From an uncultured Candidatus Binatia bacterium (lineage in GTDB: Bacteria > Desulfobacterota > Binatia > Bin18), in contig OZ243961.1 in assembly GCA_965214605.1 (NCBI GenBank), positions 1,504,001-1,568,000 on the forward strand: 64,000 nucleotides of DNA, given 5' to 3'. A program made the position numbers and the translations under genes. The notes under the pieces are model-generated. The model was given only the letters and a program-made list of their open reading frames with translations. It was not told the origin of the DNA and ran no database searches. Shown here piece after piece: positions 20,459 through 31,251 of this stretch (position 1 is its first letter; each line of letters begins with the position of its first letter).

Positions 20459-22210
20459 TTAGGGAATCACCGGCAGGACAATATGGGAGCGAAACTCCCG
20501 ATTATGGAAAACTGTTTGCTGGGCCGTCTGAAACGTCGTTCCTGTAGCTTGATCTCCGCCTGTGTTGAGGTTGCGGTCAAAGCGCGGAAAATTGCTCGAC
20601 GCAATGTCAAGTCGCAGCCGATGGCCGGGTAAAAAGACATGGCTGGTCGCCCACAGGTCAATGCTCAATTCGGTTGGCTGGCCAGGTGACAGAAGTTTAG
20701 GTGTTGTCCGCGACTCACGGTAGCGGGCCCGCACGATGCCGTCGGCAATATTCTGCGCATAGCCATCGGGTCTCACGTCAACCAGCTTGGCCGTAAAGTC
20801 GGTATCGGGTGCTGACGAAGCGGCGTACAACACGACTTTGAGCGGGCCGGTGACTTCTAGAGGCTTGTCCAGCGGCGCTCCGGTATAGACTAAGACGTCT
20901 TGGCGGCTTTCGACCTGACGCTGGTCGGCCACGCCGACCGGAATGACCAGCGTATTACCCCCACAGGTGGGGACCGGATCGGCTGGGTCGTAGCGGAAGT
21001 GGTCGACGGCCTCCTCAGCCGGGGGATCAGGGCTGAGGAGGCCGTCACCACGTAGACTGTTGGCCTGCCCCGCACTGTGCAAATAGTACGGTATATAGGT
21101 GGTCCGGGCCAGCGGCCACTCGTACTCGTCACGCCACTGGTTAGTACCCATCACAAACAGACGAATCGGAGCTTCCTCAGAAATACCAGTGTCCATACCC
21201 TTCAGCCAGTAGTCAAACCAGCGCAACTGTATGTCATGCAGCTCAATGGACGCGTTGGGCCCAAAATCAATGTCACCGGTTCCGCCACTTATCGGTGTCG
21301 TATAAGGAAACAGGTGTGCCCAGGGACCGATTAACAGCTTTTGTCCGCCACGTGCCTGAGGGGTCATGGCTCTGGATCGCAGGCCGCAGAAATGGACGAA
21401 GGCGTCGCGCAAGAAAATATCGTACCACGAGCTGACATGGTACATTGGGATATTGATATTGTGGTGCTGGCGTTCGACATTGATCGCCCACCAGTACGGC
21501 CCGTCCTCGGGATGGGCCAGATAATCGCGCAAATACGGCGCCACATCGCGTAAGGTATCGGCCCAGTCCATCAACGGTAGACGGCGGTAAGCCTCGGGCG
21601 TCAAGGGATTACCAAAATTGATCGACCGCTCTAGATTGGGCCGAATGTGGGGCCACAGCTCCTCCTTAATGCCTTTGCGGTCGATTGTATTGCGTGCCAA
21701 AAAAATAGCGTACGGCACCTGCCAACCCAGGGAAAACGCGCCTCCGGTGTGGTACACCCAACTCTGATGAAAATCGGCCGCAGCCGAGACCGGAAACGCG
21801 CAGCGCAGGTGGGGCGGTCGGGTCGGGGCCAGCTGATATTGGGTGGCGCCCAGATAGGACTGGCCCTGGGTACCAACCAGACCGTTGCTGCAGGGAAGAC
21901 TGGCTGCCCACTCGACCGTATCGTAGCCGTCTTGGGCTTCGTCAATCAGGGCGTAGTATTCACCTTCTGACTCAAACCGGCCGCGCCCGTCCTGGATGAT
22001 CACCACATAGCCGCGGGCCGGAAAATACTCGTGGTCGCCAAACAGTTCGGCCATGTGTTTGCCGTACGGCAACCGGAGCAAGATGACTGGAAAGCGCCCC
22101 TCAGCATCGGGCCGGTACACATCGGCATACAGCTTGGTGCCGTCCCGCATAGTGGCAGCAACCTTTTTTTCGGTTCGGATAGCGTATTGTGGACGACTAC
22201 CGTGCGGCAT
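20459..22210 (-). CDS. CocE/NonD family hydrolase
   Basis: MRDGTKLYADVYRP, GRGRFESEG, GQSYLG nucleophile, GPWAH, SSNFPRFDRN; start placed at ATG 22210 after GGAGG. Confidence 0.92.
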   Translation of the reverse strand: MPHGSRPQYAIRTEKKVAATMRDGTKLYADVYRPDAEGRFPVILLRLPYGKHMAELFGDHEYFPARGYVVIIQDGRGRFESEGEYYALIDEAQDGYDTVEWAASLPCSNGLVGTQGQSYLGATQYQLAPTRPPHLRCAFPVSAAADFHQSWVYHTGGAFSLGWQVPYAIFLARNTIDRKGIKEELWPHIRPNLERSINFGNPLTPEAYRRLPLMDWADTLRDVAPYLRDYLAHPEDGPYWWAINVERQHHNINIPMYHVSSWYDIFLRDAFVHFCGLRSRAMTPQARGGQKLLIGPWAHLFPYTTPISGGTGDIDFGPNASIELHDIQLRWFDYWLKGMDTGISEEAPIRLFVMGTNQWRDEYEWPLARTTYIPYYLHSAGQANSLRGDGLLSPDPPAEEAVDHFRYDPADPVPTCGGNTLVIPVGVADQRQVESRQDVLVYTGAPLDKPLEVTGPLKVVLYAASSAPDTDFTAKLVDVRPDGYAQNIADGIVRARYRESRTTPKLLSPGQPTELSIDLWATSHVFLPGHRLRLDIASSNFPRFDRNLNTGGDQATGTTFQTAQQTVFHNREFRSHIVLPVIP

Positions 22211-22417
22211 AAACCCCTCCTTATCTTTACTGTCTGTTATAGAAGCCTGTCGGCCAAAAGGCAATCCAAATCTGGGCTGCTCACGCCTCCAGCCATCAGG
22301 CAGGAAACGGCCTTGTCGAGGTGCGGTCAAGAATGCTAGACACGCGGGAGAAAAAGAGAGCGTTAATGATCGCTCCCCATGCAGGAAGAGATAAACGCTA
22401 TCCTTAATGAGAATGCT

Positions 22418-22837
22418 ATGCACTACTGGCTAGTCAAATCGGAACCGTATAAATACTCATGGGACCAATTCTGCCAAGATGGCTCAACCTACTGGGACGG
22501 CGTGCGGAATTATCAGGCTCGCAATAATCTCCAGACCATGCAGATCGGCGATCAGGTCTTGTACTATCACAGCAACAGAGAGCTAGCCGTGGTCGGGGTG
22601 GCTCGCGTCACCAGAGAAGCCTACCAGGATCCAACCACTGACGATGAGCGTTGGGTAGTGGTCGATCTGGAGCCGGTCCAAGCCTTAGCCCGGCCTGTCA
22701 CCCTGCGTGAGATCAAACAGGACACTCGCTTGCAGGACATCGGCCTGATCAAGCAGAGCCGGCTGTCGGTAATGCCGGTGAGCAAAAAGGAATTTGACCT
22801 GATTGTCAAAAAGGGCCAGCCAATCCGAAAAGCATGA
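22418..22837 (+). CDS. EVE domain protein
   Basis: YWLVKSEP, WDGVRNYQARN, YYHS, SRLSVMPV. Confidence 0.93.
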   Translation: MHYWLVKSEPYKYSWDQFCQDGSTYWDGVRNYQARNNLQTMQIGDQVLYYHSNRELAVVGVARVTREAYQDPTTDDERWVVVDLEPVQALARPVTLREIKQDTRLQDIGLIKQSRLSVMPVSKKEFDLIVKKGQPIRKA

Positions 22838-22869
22838 CCCATATTCAGCATCGACAAGACCACCCGTCA

Positions 22870-23870
22870 CCGACGCTTACAGCACTTCTGGACGAGCAGA
22901 CTTTGGTTCACCACAAAATCGAGCTCCTGCATAAGGCGAGTGCAACCTCACATATGCTTCAGCAGTTTGGGCGCTGCTGACACAGATTTCCCCTGTTGCT
23001 ACCGCTCCAGGCGTCCGAGATATCGAGGGCCACGGGCCAAGGGCGGGTATCAGCAGATCAGGGTTTTGACAGTGCCGTGAACAAAGTGTTCCCCGCTCGC
23101 TTTCCCTTGTTGTCCGCGTCTCAGTTCTAACCGAATCCGCCGCACCTCACCAAAACCACGTGCAGCATACAACAAAAAGGGGACGAGACCACCGCCGGAC
23201 TCGCGCCCTTGCTCGGCTAGCGGTGATAGTCTGAGCGCGCGCGTCTGATCAGAGAGGTTGCTGAGCAAGGGTGCCGCAGAGCTGGGGACACCAGATGCGG
23301 CCAGAAGGACAAACTCAACGAGGGGTGCCGTGCGCCCGTTGCCCTCCCCGCATGGATGTATCCCTGTAATGCAGGTGGGCTAAAACCGCACGGATAAGGG
23401 TATCAATCACTTCCTGGTCTGCTTGGTCCGTCGGCAGCTGATTATTGAAGCGTTCTCGTAAATATCCAGAGGATTCACACGGCGCACCGTGATAGCATGC
23501 CGCGCTGACTCGATAGGTCGATATCTCTCCAGGGCAAACTCCCTCGTCAACTCTCCGTCCCCGTAAACACCCCTCAGTTGAACCTTATTCATGGTCTGCG
23601 GACTTACCGTCTGGCGTTCGCCTAGAGTCGAAACTGTCGAGAACGTTGTTACAGAATGTCGATGATGTTGTCGATCTCGTAGCCCAGATACTTCTGAGAA
23701 GCGGGCAGCTTAAGAGTACCCCGTCGAGGTATTGTCGCGCTTGGGCTTCAGACTGAGTGTTGCCTTTCGACAGATGGATATCGTGCAACTCATCAGCCGT
23801 GTCCGGGCTAAGCGGCAGAGCAGCTACGTACCCGGCAGTGTGAACGGGCTTCTCCAAGGAGGAGCCATGG
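22870..23870 (-). pseudogene. Fic family protein, decayed
   Basis: Minus strand near 23400-23280 reads LIRAVLAHLHY/(shift)IHPCGEGNGRTAPLVEF, a degenerate HPFxDGNGRxxR motif; several short ORF fragments; boundaries approximate. Confidence 0.75.
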
Positions 23871-24108
23871 CTCTAGGGTGAAAACGCATCTCCCAGCCGC
23901 GTCTTCCCGCATATCTTCTTCCTTGTCTCTCCCCATGCCACATCTCGAGAAACCTCTTTGGCTGTTAGTATCTTAGAAAAATTCTATCAAAGTAAGGATA
24001 CCGATTTTATCAACGAGACTGTCCAACATCCTGTCCTGTGTGTTCCCTGTCACTTGGCTTGACCCGCGGGGAGCAGTTCGCTAACTTCTGGGCTGAGGAG
24101 GGATCGCT

Positions 24109-24921
24109 ATGAGAGCGCCTCGGTCGTATCTAGCCGCAGCCGTCCAAATGACGGCGTCAACCTCAAAAGAAGAGAATCTGGCCAAGGCCGAAGCCTTTGT
24201 CCGCCTAGCGGCTGAACGGGGAGCGGCCTTTGTTGTCCTACCCGAGGTGTTTACCTGGCGCGGACCGCGCAGCCAAGAGACGGCCCAACTCGAATCCATC
24301 CCCGGTCCGACCTCAGAGCGTTTGGCCGAGTTGGCCCGCGGTCTGAGCGTTCATCTGCTGGCCGGCTCTTTTTTGGAAGAGACGACCGAACAACGCGCCT
24401 ATAACACCAGCCTGCTGTTCAGCCCAGCCGGGGAAATACTGGCGCAGTATCGCAAGATTCATCTGTTTGACATCGACCTGTCCGGTCAGGTCAGCATCAA
24501 GGAGTCTGACACCAAAAAACCAGGTCAAGACATCGTAACCGCCACAACTGAGCTGGGAACGGTCGGCTTGTCAATCTGTTACGATCTGCGCTTTCCCGAA
24601 CTGTACCGTCGGCTGGCCGATAAAGGTGCCGAACTTATCTGTGTGCCGGCTGCCTTCACCTTTCCAACCGGGGCAGCCCACTGGGAAGCCTTGCTGCGTG
24701 CCCGCGCAATTGAGAACCAGAGCTATCTCATTGCTCCCAACCAGATCGGCAAAAACGTCCACGGCTTTGCCGACTACGGCAACTCGATGATTATCGATCC
24801 GTGGGGCAAGATCCTGGCCCGGGCGCCGGACAAAGAAGGCTTGATTACGGCCGAGATTGACCGCGATTATCTGGAGAAAGTCAGAAGGGAGTTGCCATGC
24901 CTCGCGCATCGGCGGCTGTAG
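24109..24921 (+). CDS. Carbon-nitrogen hydrolase (Nit1/deaminated glutathione amidase-like)
   Basis: LPE, YRKIHLFD, ICYDLRFPE (Glu-Lys-Cys triad), RARAIENQ. Confidence 0.93.
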   Translation: MRAPRSYLAAAVQMTASTSKEENLAKAEAFVRLAAERGAAFVVLPEVFTWRGPRSQETAQLESIPGPTSERLAELARGLSVHLLAGSFLEETTEQRAYNTSLLFSPAGEILAQYRKIHLFDIDLSGQVSIKESDTKKPGQDIVTATTELGTVGLSICYDLRFPELYRRLADKGAELICVPAAFTFPTGAAHWEALLRARAIENQSYLIAPNQIGKNVHGFADYGNSMIIDPWGKILARAPDKEGLITAEIDRDYLEKVRRELPCLAHRRL

Positions 24922-26171
24922 CGCCCGCTCCGGTCAAAGCCTTTTTTCGGGTCGTTAGCTGTGCCGACGCCCAGGCTCAGCTGGCGGCTTTCGCCCCCCT
25001 GACCAAGAGCGAAACTATTTCGGTCTTAGATGCGGACGGGCGAGTCTTGGTCAAAGGTCTAAAGGCACCAGTGCATCTCCCTCATTTCAACCGGGCTAAT
25101 ATGGACGGCTACGCGCTACGGGCCCAAGATACGTTTGGCGCCTCGCCAAGTTTACCGACCTATCTCAAACTGCTCGGAGTGATCGAGATGGGCCAAGAGG
25201 CCAAACGACGGCTTAAAAAGGGCGAGACCATACGTATCTCGACCGGCGGCATGCTGCCGCCCGGTGCCAATGCAATGGTCATGGTCGAGTATACCGAAGA
25301 GATGGGCGACGGTACAATCGAAATCCAGCGCAGTGTCTCGCCGTGGGAGAACATCTTGCGGGTGGGCGAGGACATTAAAAAAGGCGCCTCAATTTTTTCA
25401 GCCGGCCGCCGTCTCCATGCCCAGGATATCGGGGCGCTGACCGGGGTCGGGATTACCAAGGTAGCGGTCTACCGGCGACCGCTAGTGGGCTTGATCTCAA
25501 CCGGGGACGAGATTATATCGCCTGAAAAAATCCCCAAGCCTGGTCAGGTTCGGAATGTGAACCAATATTCGCTGCGGGCGATGATTATCCAGGCTGGCGG
25601 AGATGTGTGTGACCTGGGCGTGGTCAAAGACGACCGCGCGGCGTTTGAGAAAGCCCTGGAGCAGGCTCTGAGAAAGGCCGATGTGGTAATGATCTCGGGC
25701 GGCAGCTCAGTCGGCACAAAAGACATGGCGGTCGAGGTGATCTGTTCCTTTCCCCGTTCCGAGCTATTCTTTCACGGTATTTCGATCGCCCCAGGAAAAC
25801 CAACCATCTTTGCCGCCGCGGCTGGCAAACCGGTCATGGGCCTGCCCGGGCACCCAGTTTCGGCACTGGTCGTTTTCTCGCTGTTTGGCATGCCGCTAGT
25901 CCGTATGATGGGTGGAGAAGCGGCCCAGGTCGCGTTCACCCCGGCCCGTACTATTCGCGCCCAGCTGAGCCAAAACATTCCGTCTGTCCCGGGTCGGGAA
26001 GACTATGCCCGGGTCACCATTAGCGGCAACAACGACAACCTGATGGCCGACCCCGTGCCCGGCAAATCGGGCGCTGTCTTCAGCCTCGTCCGTGCCGACG
26101 GCATGGTGCGTATTCCTCAGAACGAGGAGGGCAAAGAGGCGGGTGAAGAGGTGGAAGTCCTTCTATTTTAA
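24897..26171 (+). CDS. moeA: Molybdopterin molybdotransferase MoeA
   Basis: ANMDGYA, ISTGGMLP, STGDE, SGGSSVG, PGKPT, GLPGHPVS. Confidence 0.93.
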   Translation: MPRASAAVAPAPVKAFFRVVSCADAQAQLAAFAPLTKSETISVLDADGRVLVKGLKAPVHLPHFNRANMDGYALRAQDTFGASPSLPTYLKLLGVIEMGQEAKRRLKKGETIRISTGGMLPPGANAMVMVEYTEEMGDGTIEIQRSVSPWENILRVGEDIKKGASIFSAGRRLHAQDIGALTGVGITKVAVYRRPLVGLISTGDEIISPEKIPKPGQVRNVNQYSLRAMIIQAGGDVCDLGVVKDDRAAFEKALEQALRKADVVMISGGSSVGTKDMAVEVICSFPRSELFFHGISIAPGKPTIFAAAAGKPVMGLPGHPVSALVVFSLFGMPLVRMMGGEAAQVAFTPARTIRAQLSQNIPSVPGREDYARVTISGNNDNLMADPVPGKSGAVFSLVRADGMVRIPQNEEGKEAGEEVEVLLF

Positions 26172-26174
26172 GCC

Positions 26175-28202
26175 ATGCCACAGCACCATCTCCACAAGTC
26201 AGACACCCCGGAGCGGAAACGCTATTTGCAAAAGAAACCGCTCGGGGAAGCTTTAGCGCTTCTCCTTAGCGCTGTTACGCCGTCGCAACGGGTAGAAAAG
26301 ATCGCGGTGGAGGACGCTCTCGGCCGCACTACGGCCCAACCTGTCTTTGCCGCACTGTCCGCTCCACACTACCACGGGGCGGCCATGGACGGCATTGCGG
26401 TGCGCGCCGAAGATACCTTCGGGGCAAGTGAGTTCTCGGCCGTGAGCCTGACCGCGGTCAAGTCCAACACCAAGCGGCTCAGTCCCAACCATGGACGACC
26501 GTTCCAATATGTAGATACCGGCAGCCCACTGCCAGCCTGGGCCAACTCGGTCATTATGATCGAGCGGGTGTTTAAAAAGAGCGAGACCGAGGTAGAGATT
26601 CGAGACGCCTCAACGCCCTGGCAACACGTCCGCCTGGTCGGCGAGGATATTGTCGCCACCGAACCGCTGCTGCCGCGCGGTCACACCCTGCGCCCGTATG
26701 ACCTCGGAGCCCTGCTCGCCGCCGGACATACCATCATTCCGGTCCTCGCCCGGCCAACGGTCGGGCTTATTCCGACCGGCTCGGAACTGATCGAACCAGG
26801 AGAGCCGGTCAAACCGGGCCGGATTATCGAGTTTAACTCTCGGGTGGCGGGGGCGTTTGTTGAAGAGTGGGGAGGCATGCCGCAGCGCCAGCCTCGGGTT
26901 GTAGATGAGCTGCCCAAGATTATCGGAGCGCTCAAAAAATCGATTGGAGACAATGACATCACCGTCATCATTGCCGGCTCTTCGGCTGGTGAGCACGATT
27001 TCACCTTGCGAGCCTTGGAATCACTGGGAGAGATCTTGGTTCATGGCATTGATATCATGCCCGGCAAACCGGCCATCTTAGCGGTCATCAAGGGTAAACC
27101 GGTGATTGGTCTGCCTGGCTACCCAGTGTCGGCAGTTGTCATTTGTCAGCAGATTCTTCATCCCCTGCTCGCCCATTTCCTCGGCCGACCGGCCCAAGGA
27201 CCGTCCAGACTGCGGGCCGTTTTACCACGTAAGGTCCCTTCACGGCTGGGCTTAGAAGAATTTGTGCGGGTCAGTCTGGGCAAAGTCGGCGAGCGATTGA
27301 TCGCTAATCCACTCGGCCGTGGGGCCGGGGTGATTACGACGATGGTGAAGGCCGATGGGGTACTGCGGATTCCCTCGCTCGATGAGGGTCTGAATGCCGG
27401 CCAGGAAGTGCCAATTGAGCTCTTACGTCCGGCCGAGGAGATTGCCAATACCATTCTATTCACCGGCAGCAATGATCTCACCATCGGCGTTCTTGACGAT
27501 CAGTTGCGGGGGCAGTATCCGGGGCTCAAGATCTCGGCCAGCAATGTTGGCTCGCTGGGCGGCTTAGTCGCTCTAAAACGCAGCGAAGCGCATATCATTG
27601 GCAGCCACCTGCTCGACCCGGCCAGCGGAACCTACAACTTGCCTGATCTCAAAAAGCTGAGGCTGACGTCCAAAGTTGTAGTGCTGAACCTGGTGATCCG
27701 CGAGCAGGGTCTAATCGTGCCCAAAGGCAATCCTAAAAAGCTGAGCGGCATCAAAGATCTAGCCTGCCAAAACCTGAGCTTTGTCAATCGCCAGCCCGGG
27801 GCCGGCACACGGGTTTTACTCGACTACAAACTGGCCAAGCTTGGCATCAAGCCGGACACGATTCAGGGCTACGAGCACGAAGAAGCTACCCACATGGCCG
27901 TGGCAGTTGCCGTTGCCAGCGGACTGGCCGACACCGGGCTGGGGGTCAAGTCAGCCGCCAAAGCCCTTGACCTGGACTTTATCCCGGTCGAGCACGAAGA
28001 CTATGACCTCATTTTTCTCAAAGACTTCTTCAACAGTACCACCGGCCAAAAACTGCTCGCGGTGATCCGCTCCGACGGCTTCAGACAGGCGGTCGAGCGC
28101 TTGGACGGCTATGACACGAGCAAGACCGGTCGCGTCAAAAGCCCAGCTCCAGGACAGACACGCAAAAAACCGGCGACCACAGCAACCAGGCGAAATGGCT
28201 AG
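26175..28202 (+). CDS. moeA: MoeA fused to C-terminal PBP (molybdate/tungstate-binding-like) domain
   Basis: AAMDGIAV, PGKP, GLPGYPVSA, then NVGSLGGL, REQGLIV, FVNRQPGAGTR, THMAVA. Confidence 0.9.
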   Translation: MPQHHLHKSDTPERKRYLQKKPLGEALALLLSAVTPSQRVEKIAVEDALGRTTAQPVFAALSAPHYHGAAMDGIAVRAEDTFGASEFSAVSLTAVKSNTKRLSPNHGRPFQYVDTGSPLPAWANSVIMIERVFKKSETEVEIRDASTPWQHVRLVGEDIVATEPLLPRGHTLRPYDLGALLAAGHTIIPVLARPTVGLIPTGSELIEPGEPVKPGRIIEFNSRVAGAFVEEWGGMPQRQPRVVDELPKIIGALKKSIGDNDITVIIAGSSAGEHDFTLRALESLGEILVHGIDIMPGKPAILAVIKGKPVIGLPGYPVSAVVICQQILHPLLAHFLGRPAQGPSRLRAVLPRKVPSRLGLEEFVRVSLGKVGERLIANPLGRGAGVITTMVKADGVLRIPSLDEGLNAGQEVPIELLRPAEEIANTILFTGSNDLTIGVLDDQLRGQYPGLKISASNVGSLGGLVALKRSEAHIIGSHLLDPASGTYNLPDLKKLRLTSKVVVLNLVIREQGLIVPKGNPKKLSGIKDLACQNLSFVNRQPGAGTRVLLDYKLAKLGIKPDTIQGYEHEEATHMAVAVAVASGLADTGLGVKSAAKALDLDFIPVEHEDYDLIFLKDFFNSTTGQKLLAVIRSDGFRQAVERLDGYDTSKTGRVKSPAPGQTRKKPATTATRRNG

Positions 28203-28232
28203 GGGCGGTTCCCCTTCCTCGTCCCCTCCCCC

Positions 28233-29447
28233 ATGATCGACTTCAACCCACCCACCCACGTCCAGACCGCAGTCAGTGCTATCAAACGTTTTATCGCTGA
28301 CGAACTCAAACCCATGGAGCGCGAGCTAGCCGACTATCTGACCAACGAACACCTCTATCTACAAGCCGACGGCCAGCTCGCTCCACTGATCTTATCGGCC
28401 CAACGGACCATTCGCAAAATGTCTGCCGAGCGGGGACTGTACGCCCTACATATGCCCACAGAGGTTGGCGGCGGTGGCTTCAGCCTGACCGACATGTTCT
28501 TTGTCCATGAGGCTGTCTATCAGCACGGCATAGGCCTCAGCCAGTGGATGCTGTCATGGACTGAGGGACCCAACCAGATGCAGATGTGGCTGAGCGAGGA
28601 GCAAAAGCAGCGCTACCTGCTGCCGCTCGTCCGGGGAGAGCAGACCGCGGCCTATGCCATTACCGAATATCGGGGGGGCTCGGACGTGCTAGGCATGCAA
28701 ACTCGAGCCGAGCGCTGCGGTGATGAGTGGACTATTCATGGCACCAAAGCCTATATCACCAACGCCCAGTATGCGGATCAGATCTTTGTCTGTGCGCTCA
28801 CCGACCCCGCTCAAGGCAGCTCGGGCGCAACCGCCTTTATCGTAGAGAATGACGCGCCGGGCCTCACCATCGGTCGCACCTATCGGACAATCATGGACGA
28901 CGGCATGACCGGCGAGCTGATGTTTGACGACTGCCGAGTACCGCTGGAAAACACTTGGGGACAAGAGGGCCAAGGTTTTTACCTCAGCATGGGGATGATC
29001 AACTGGATTCGCGTCCGCCGGGGCGGTATGTGTAGTGGTCTGGGCCAATACTTACTTGATCGGTGTATCGACTACGCCAAAAACCGCCAGGCTTTTGGCG
29101 GCTCGCTGAGCCGTTTCCAAGCCTTACAGTGGATGATAGTCGATTCCTATCTCGACGTACAGGCGATGCGAAGCATGTCCTTGCGCAGTCTGTGGGAAGC
29201 TGACCAGGGCAACCTGTGGGCGCTGAAGGTTGATCCGCGACTCATTCAGACCGTGTGTGGCTTAAAAGTCTTCTGTGATGAGGCGCTCTACCGGGTCGCC
29301 GATCGGGCGGTGCAGCTGCACGGCGCCTACGGCCTGAGCAAAGATTCGGGTATTGAAAAGATTTTTCGGATCGCCCGTAACTTACGCATTCCAGGCGGAA
29401 CGGACGAGATTCAGCGGGTGAATATCGCCAAATCTCTAGGTTTGTGA
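28233..29447 (+). CDS. Acyl-CoA dehydrogenase family protein
   Basis: YAITE..GGSD, GTKAYITNA, RQAFG, AVQLHGAYG, GGTDEIQR. Confidence 0.9.
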   Translation: MIDFNPPTHVQTAVSAIKRFIADELKPMERELADYLTNEHLYLQADGQLAPLILSAQRTIRKMSAERGLYALHMPTEVGGGGFSLTDMFFVHEAVYQHGIGLSQWMLSWTEGPNQMQMWLSEEQKQRYLLPLVRGEQTAAYAITEYRGGSDVLGMQTRAERCGDEWTIHGTKAYITNAQYADQIFVCALTDPAQGSSGATAFIVENDAPGLTIGRTYRTIMDDGMTGELMFDDCRVPLENTWGQEGQGFYLSMGMINWIRVRRGGMCSGLGQYLLDRCIDYAKNRQAFGGSLSRFQALQWMIVDSYLDVQAMRSMSLRSLWEADQGNLWALKVDPRLIQTVCGLKVFCDEALYRVADRAVQLHGAYGLSKDSGIEKIFRIARNLRIPGGTDEIQRVNIAKSLGL

Positions 29448-29475
29448 GGAAAGAGAGCGATGGACAGAGTTCACC

Positions 29476-29790
29476 ATGAATAGAGAGGACTGGCTCCCTG
29501 AAAGTTGTCGAATACTCCGACGAGGATCAATGCTATATCGGGAGAGCTCCCGGTGTCATGCTGGGCGGCGGAGTGCGTGACTAGGACGATGCCCAAGGTA
29601 GACGCCAAGTGATGCGAAAAGTAGAGGCAGATCTAGGCAGCCGATAGTGACCCCCTCCCGTTCGAGACCGCGAACAAGGCGTATTCAGACAAATTCAACC
29701 TGCGGGTAGGCAAACACGAACGGCTAGCGATCACTGCCTGCAAATCCGATCAGATCCTGCACTTCTTTTGTGTCAAAGTTCTTGACAGAG
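29476..29790 (+). pseudogene. HicB-family antitoxin remnant
   Basis: Across stops and shifts: LKVVEYSDEDQCYIGRAPGVMLGG ... DPLPFETANKAYSDKFNLRVGKHERLAI, matching the HicB N-domain plus YSGKFxLR RHH motif. Confidence 0.75.
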
Positions 29791-29853
29791 AAACTGACCG
29801 TCAGCTCTCTCCGCCACCTTGACAATCTTTTCTCCCACCCCATACTGCGTTCG

Positions 29854-31173
29854 ATGAAGAACTCCTCCTCAGTGGCCGAGGAGTTGACCCACCCCTCTGT
29901 CCCGGCTCCCACGCGGCGCATCTTTTACGGCTGGATCGTACTCGGTTTGGCTTGGACCGTCCTGTTTGTCTCTTACGGCGTTCAATTTACGTTCGGGGTT
30001 TTCATGCCGGCTATTGAAACAGATACGGGTTGGGACCGGACCAGCTTGTCTCTCCTCTATGCGGTCTATGTGTTTCTGTATAACGTCTTGGGAGCCGTCA
30101 GTGGCTGGGCGACCGATCGGTGGGGTCCGCGGCTGGTTATCTTTACCGGTGGCTGTTTTCTAGGCGGTGGTGTTCTTCTGACCAGCCAAGCGCAGGAGCT
30201 CTGGCAGCTGTATGTCACCCTCGGCGCTATCACCGCAATAGGTATGAGCTCAGCCTTCGTGCCGTGCAACTCCACGATTGTCCGCTGGTTTACGAGGCGG
30301 CGGGGTCTAGCTCTGAGTATTTCGACCAGCGGGGGCAGCGTGGGAAATTTTCTTTTTCCGCCGCTTGCCGCAGCCCTCATCGCTGCTTACGGCTGGCGTC
30401 CGACCTATCTGATTCTAGGCTGTGCTAGCCTGGCCATTATCGGCCTGTGCGCTCTGTTCATCGTTCGTGATCCAGAACAGTTGGGGCTGTCCCCGGACGG
30501 CTCTTTCACCTCGCCCGTCCAAGAAGAACCAAACGGCCATGCAGTCGCAGGAACGGACTATACGCTCGCCGAGGCACGAAAGACGGCTTCTTTTTGGCTG
30601 TTAAACGCTGTCTTTACTCTGACCTGGCTGGTCGTGTTTATGCCATTGATTCATCTTGTTCCGGTCGCCACCGCTCTGGGGGCGTCGCCAGTTCAGGCGG
30701 CCACAATTGTGAGCGCGGTTGGTCTTGGCAATCTGGCTGGCCGTCTGCTAGCCGGAGTCATCTCTGATCGTCTGGGTCCCTTGCCAACCCTAGGGACCAG
30801 CCTTGCTATGCAGGTGCTGGCCTTTGTTGGTTTTGTGCTGAGTAGCAACCTCAGCCTGCTGTATCCCAGCGCGATTATCTTTGGCCTCGCCTATGGCGGG
30901 GCGGTCGCCCTGTTTCCGCTCATTGTGGGAGATTTTTTCGGTCGGGTGTCAGTCGGGGCTATTGTCGGCTTTATCTTTGCCGTTGCCGGCTCAACCAGTG
31001 CCTTTGGGCCCTTTATCGCCGGCTACATCTATGACACCAGCGGTTCATATGAGACGGCTTTTCTGCTCGGTGCGGGGCTCAACCTGCTCGGTTTGGGTGC
31101 ACTCTTTTTTGTCAAAAGACCGCCGGTTAAACAGCCCTCCCCAAACCTGATGGCCCCTGTTCACACAGGATAA
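29854..31173 (+). CDS. MFS transporter (OFA/MCT-like)
   Basis: About 12 TM; GWATDRWGPR and GVISDRLGP motif A; IFYGW N-terminus. Confidence 0.92.
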   Translation: MKNSSSVAEELTHPSVPAPTRRIFYGWIVLGLAWTVLFVSYGVQFTFGVFMPAIETDTGWDRTSLSLLYAVYVFLYNVLGAVSGWATDRWGPRLVIFTGGCFLGGGVLLTSQAQELWQLYVTLGAITAIGMSSAFVPCNSTIVRWFTRRRGLALSISTSGGSVGNFLFPPLAAALIAAYGWRPTYLILGCASLAIIGLCALFIVRDPEQLGLSPDGSFTSPVQEEPNGHAVAGTDYTLAEARKTASFWLLNAVFTLTWLVVFMPLIHLVPVATALGASPVQAATIVSAVGLGNLAGRLLAGVISDRLGPLPTLGTSLAMQVLAFVGFVLSSNLSLLYPSAIIFGLAYGGAVALFPLIVGDFFGRVSVGAIVGFIFAVAGSTSAFGPFIAGYIYDTSGSYETAFLLGAGLNLLGLGALFFVKRPPVKQPSPNLMAPVHTG

Positions 31174-31251
31174 AGTTATGGCTGCTCTTGTCGTTTCCCG
31201 CCCCTCAGGATATTGCACACCTCAGTCTCAGCCTCAGGCAAGGAGGGAGCG

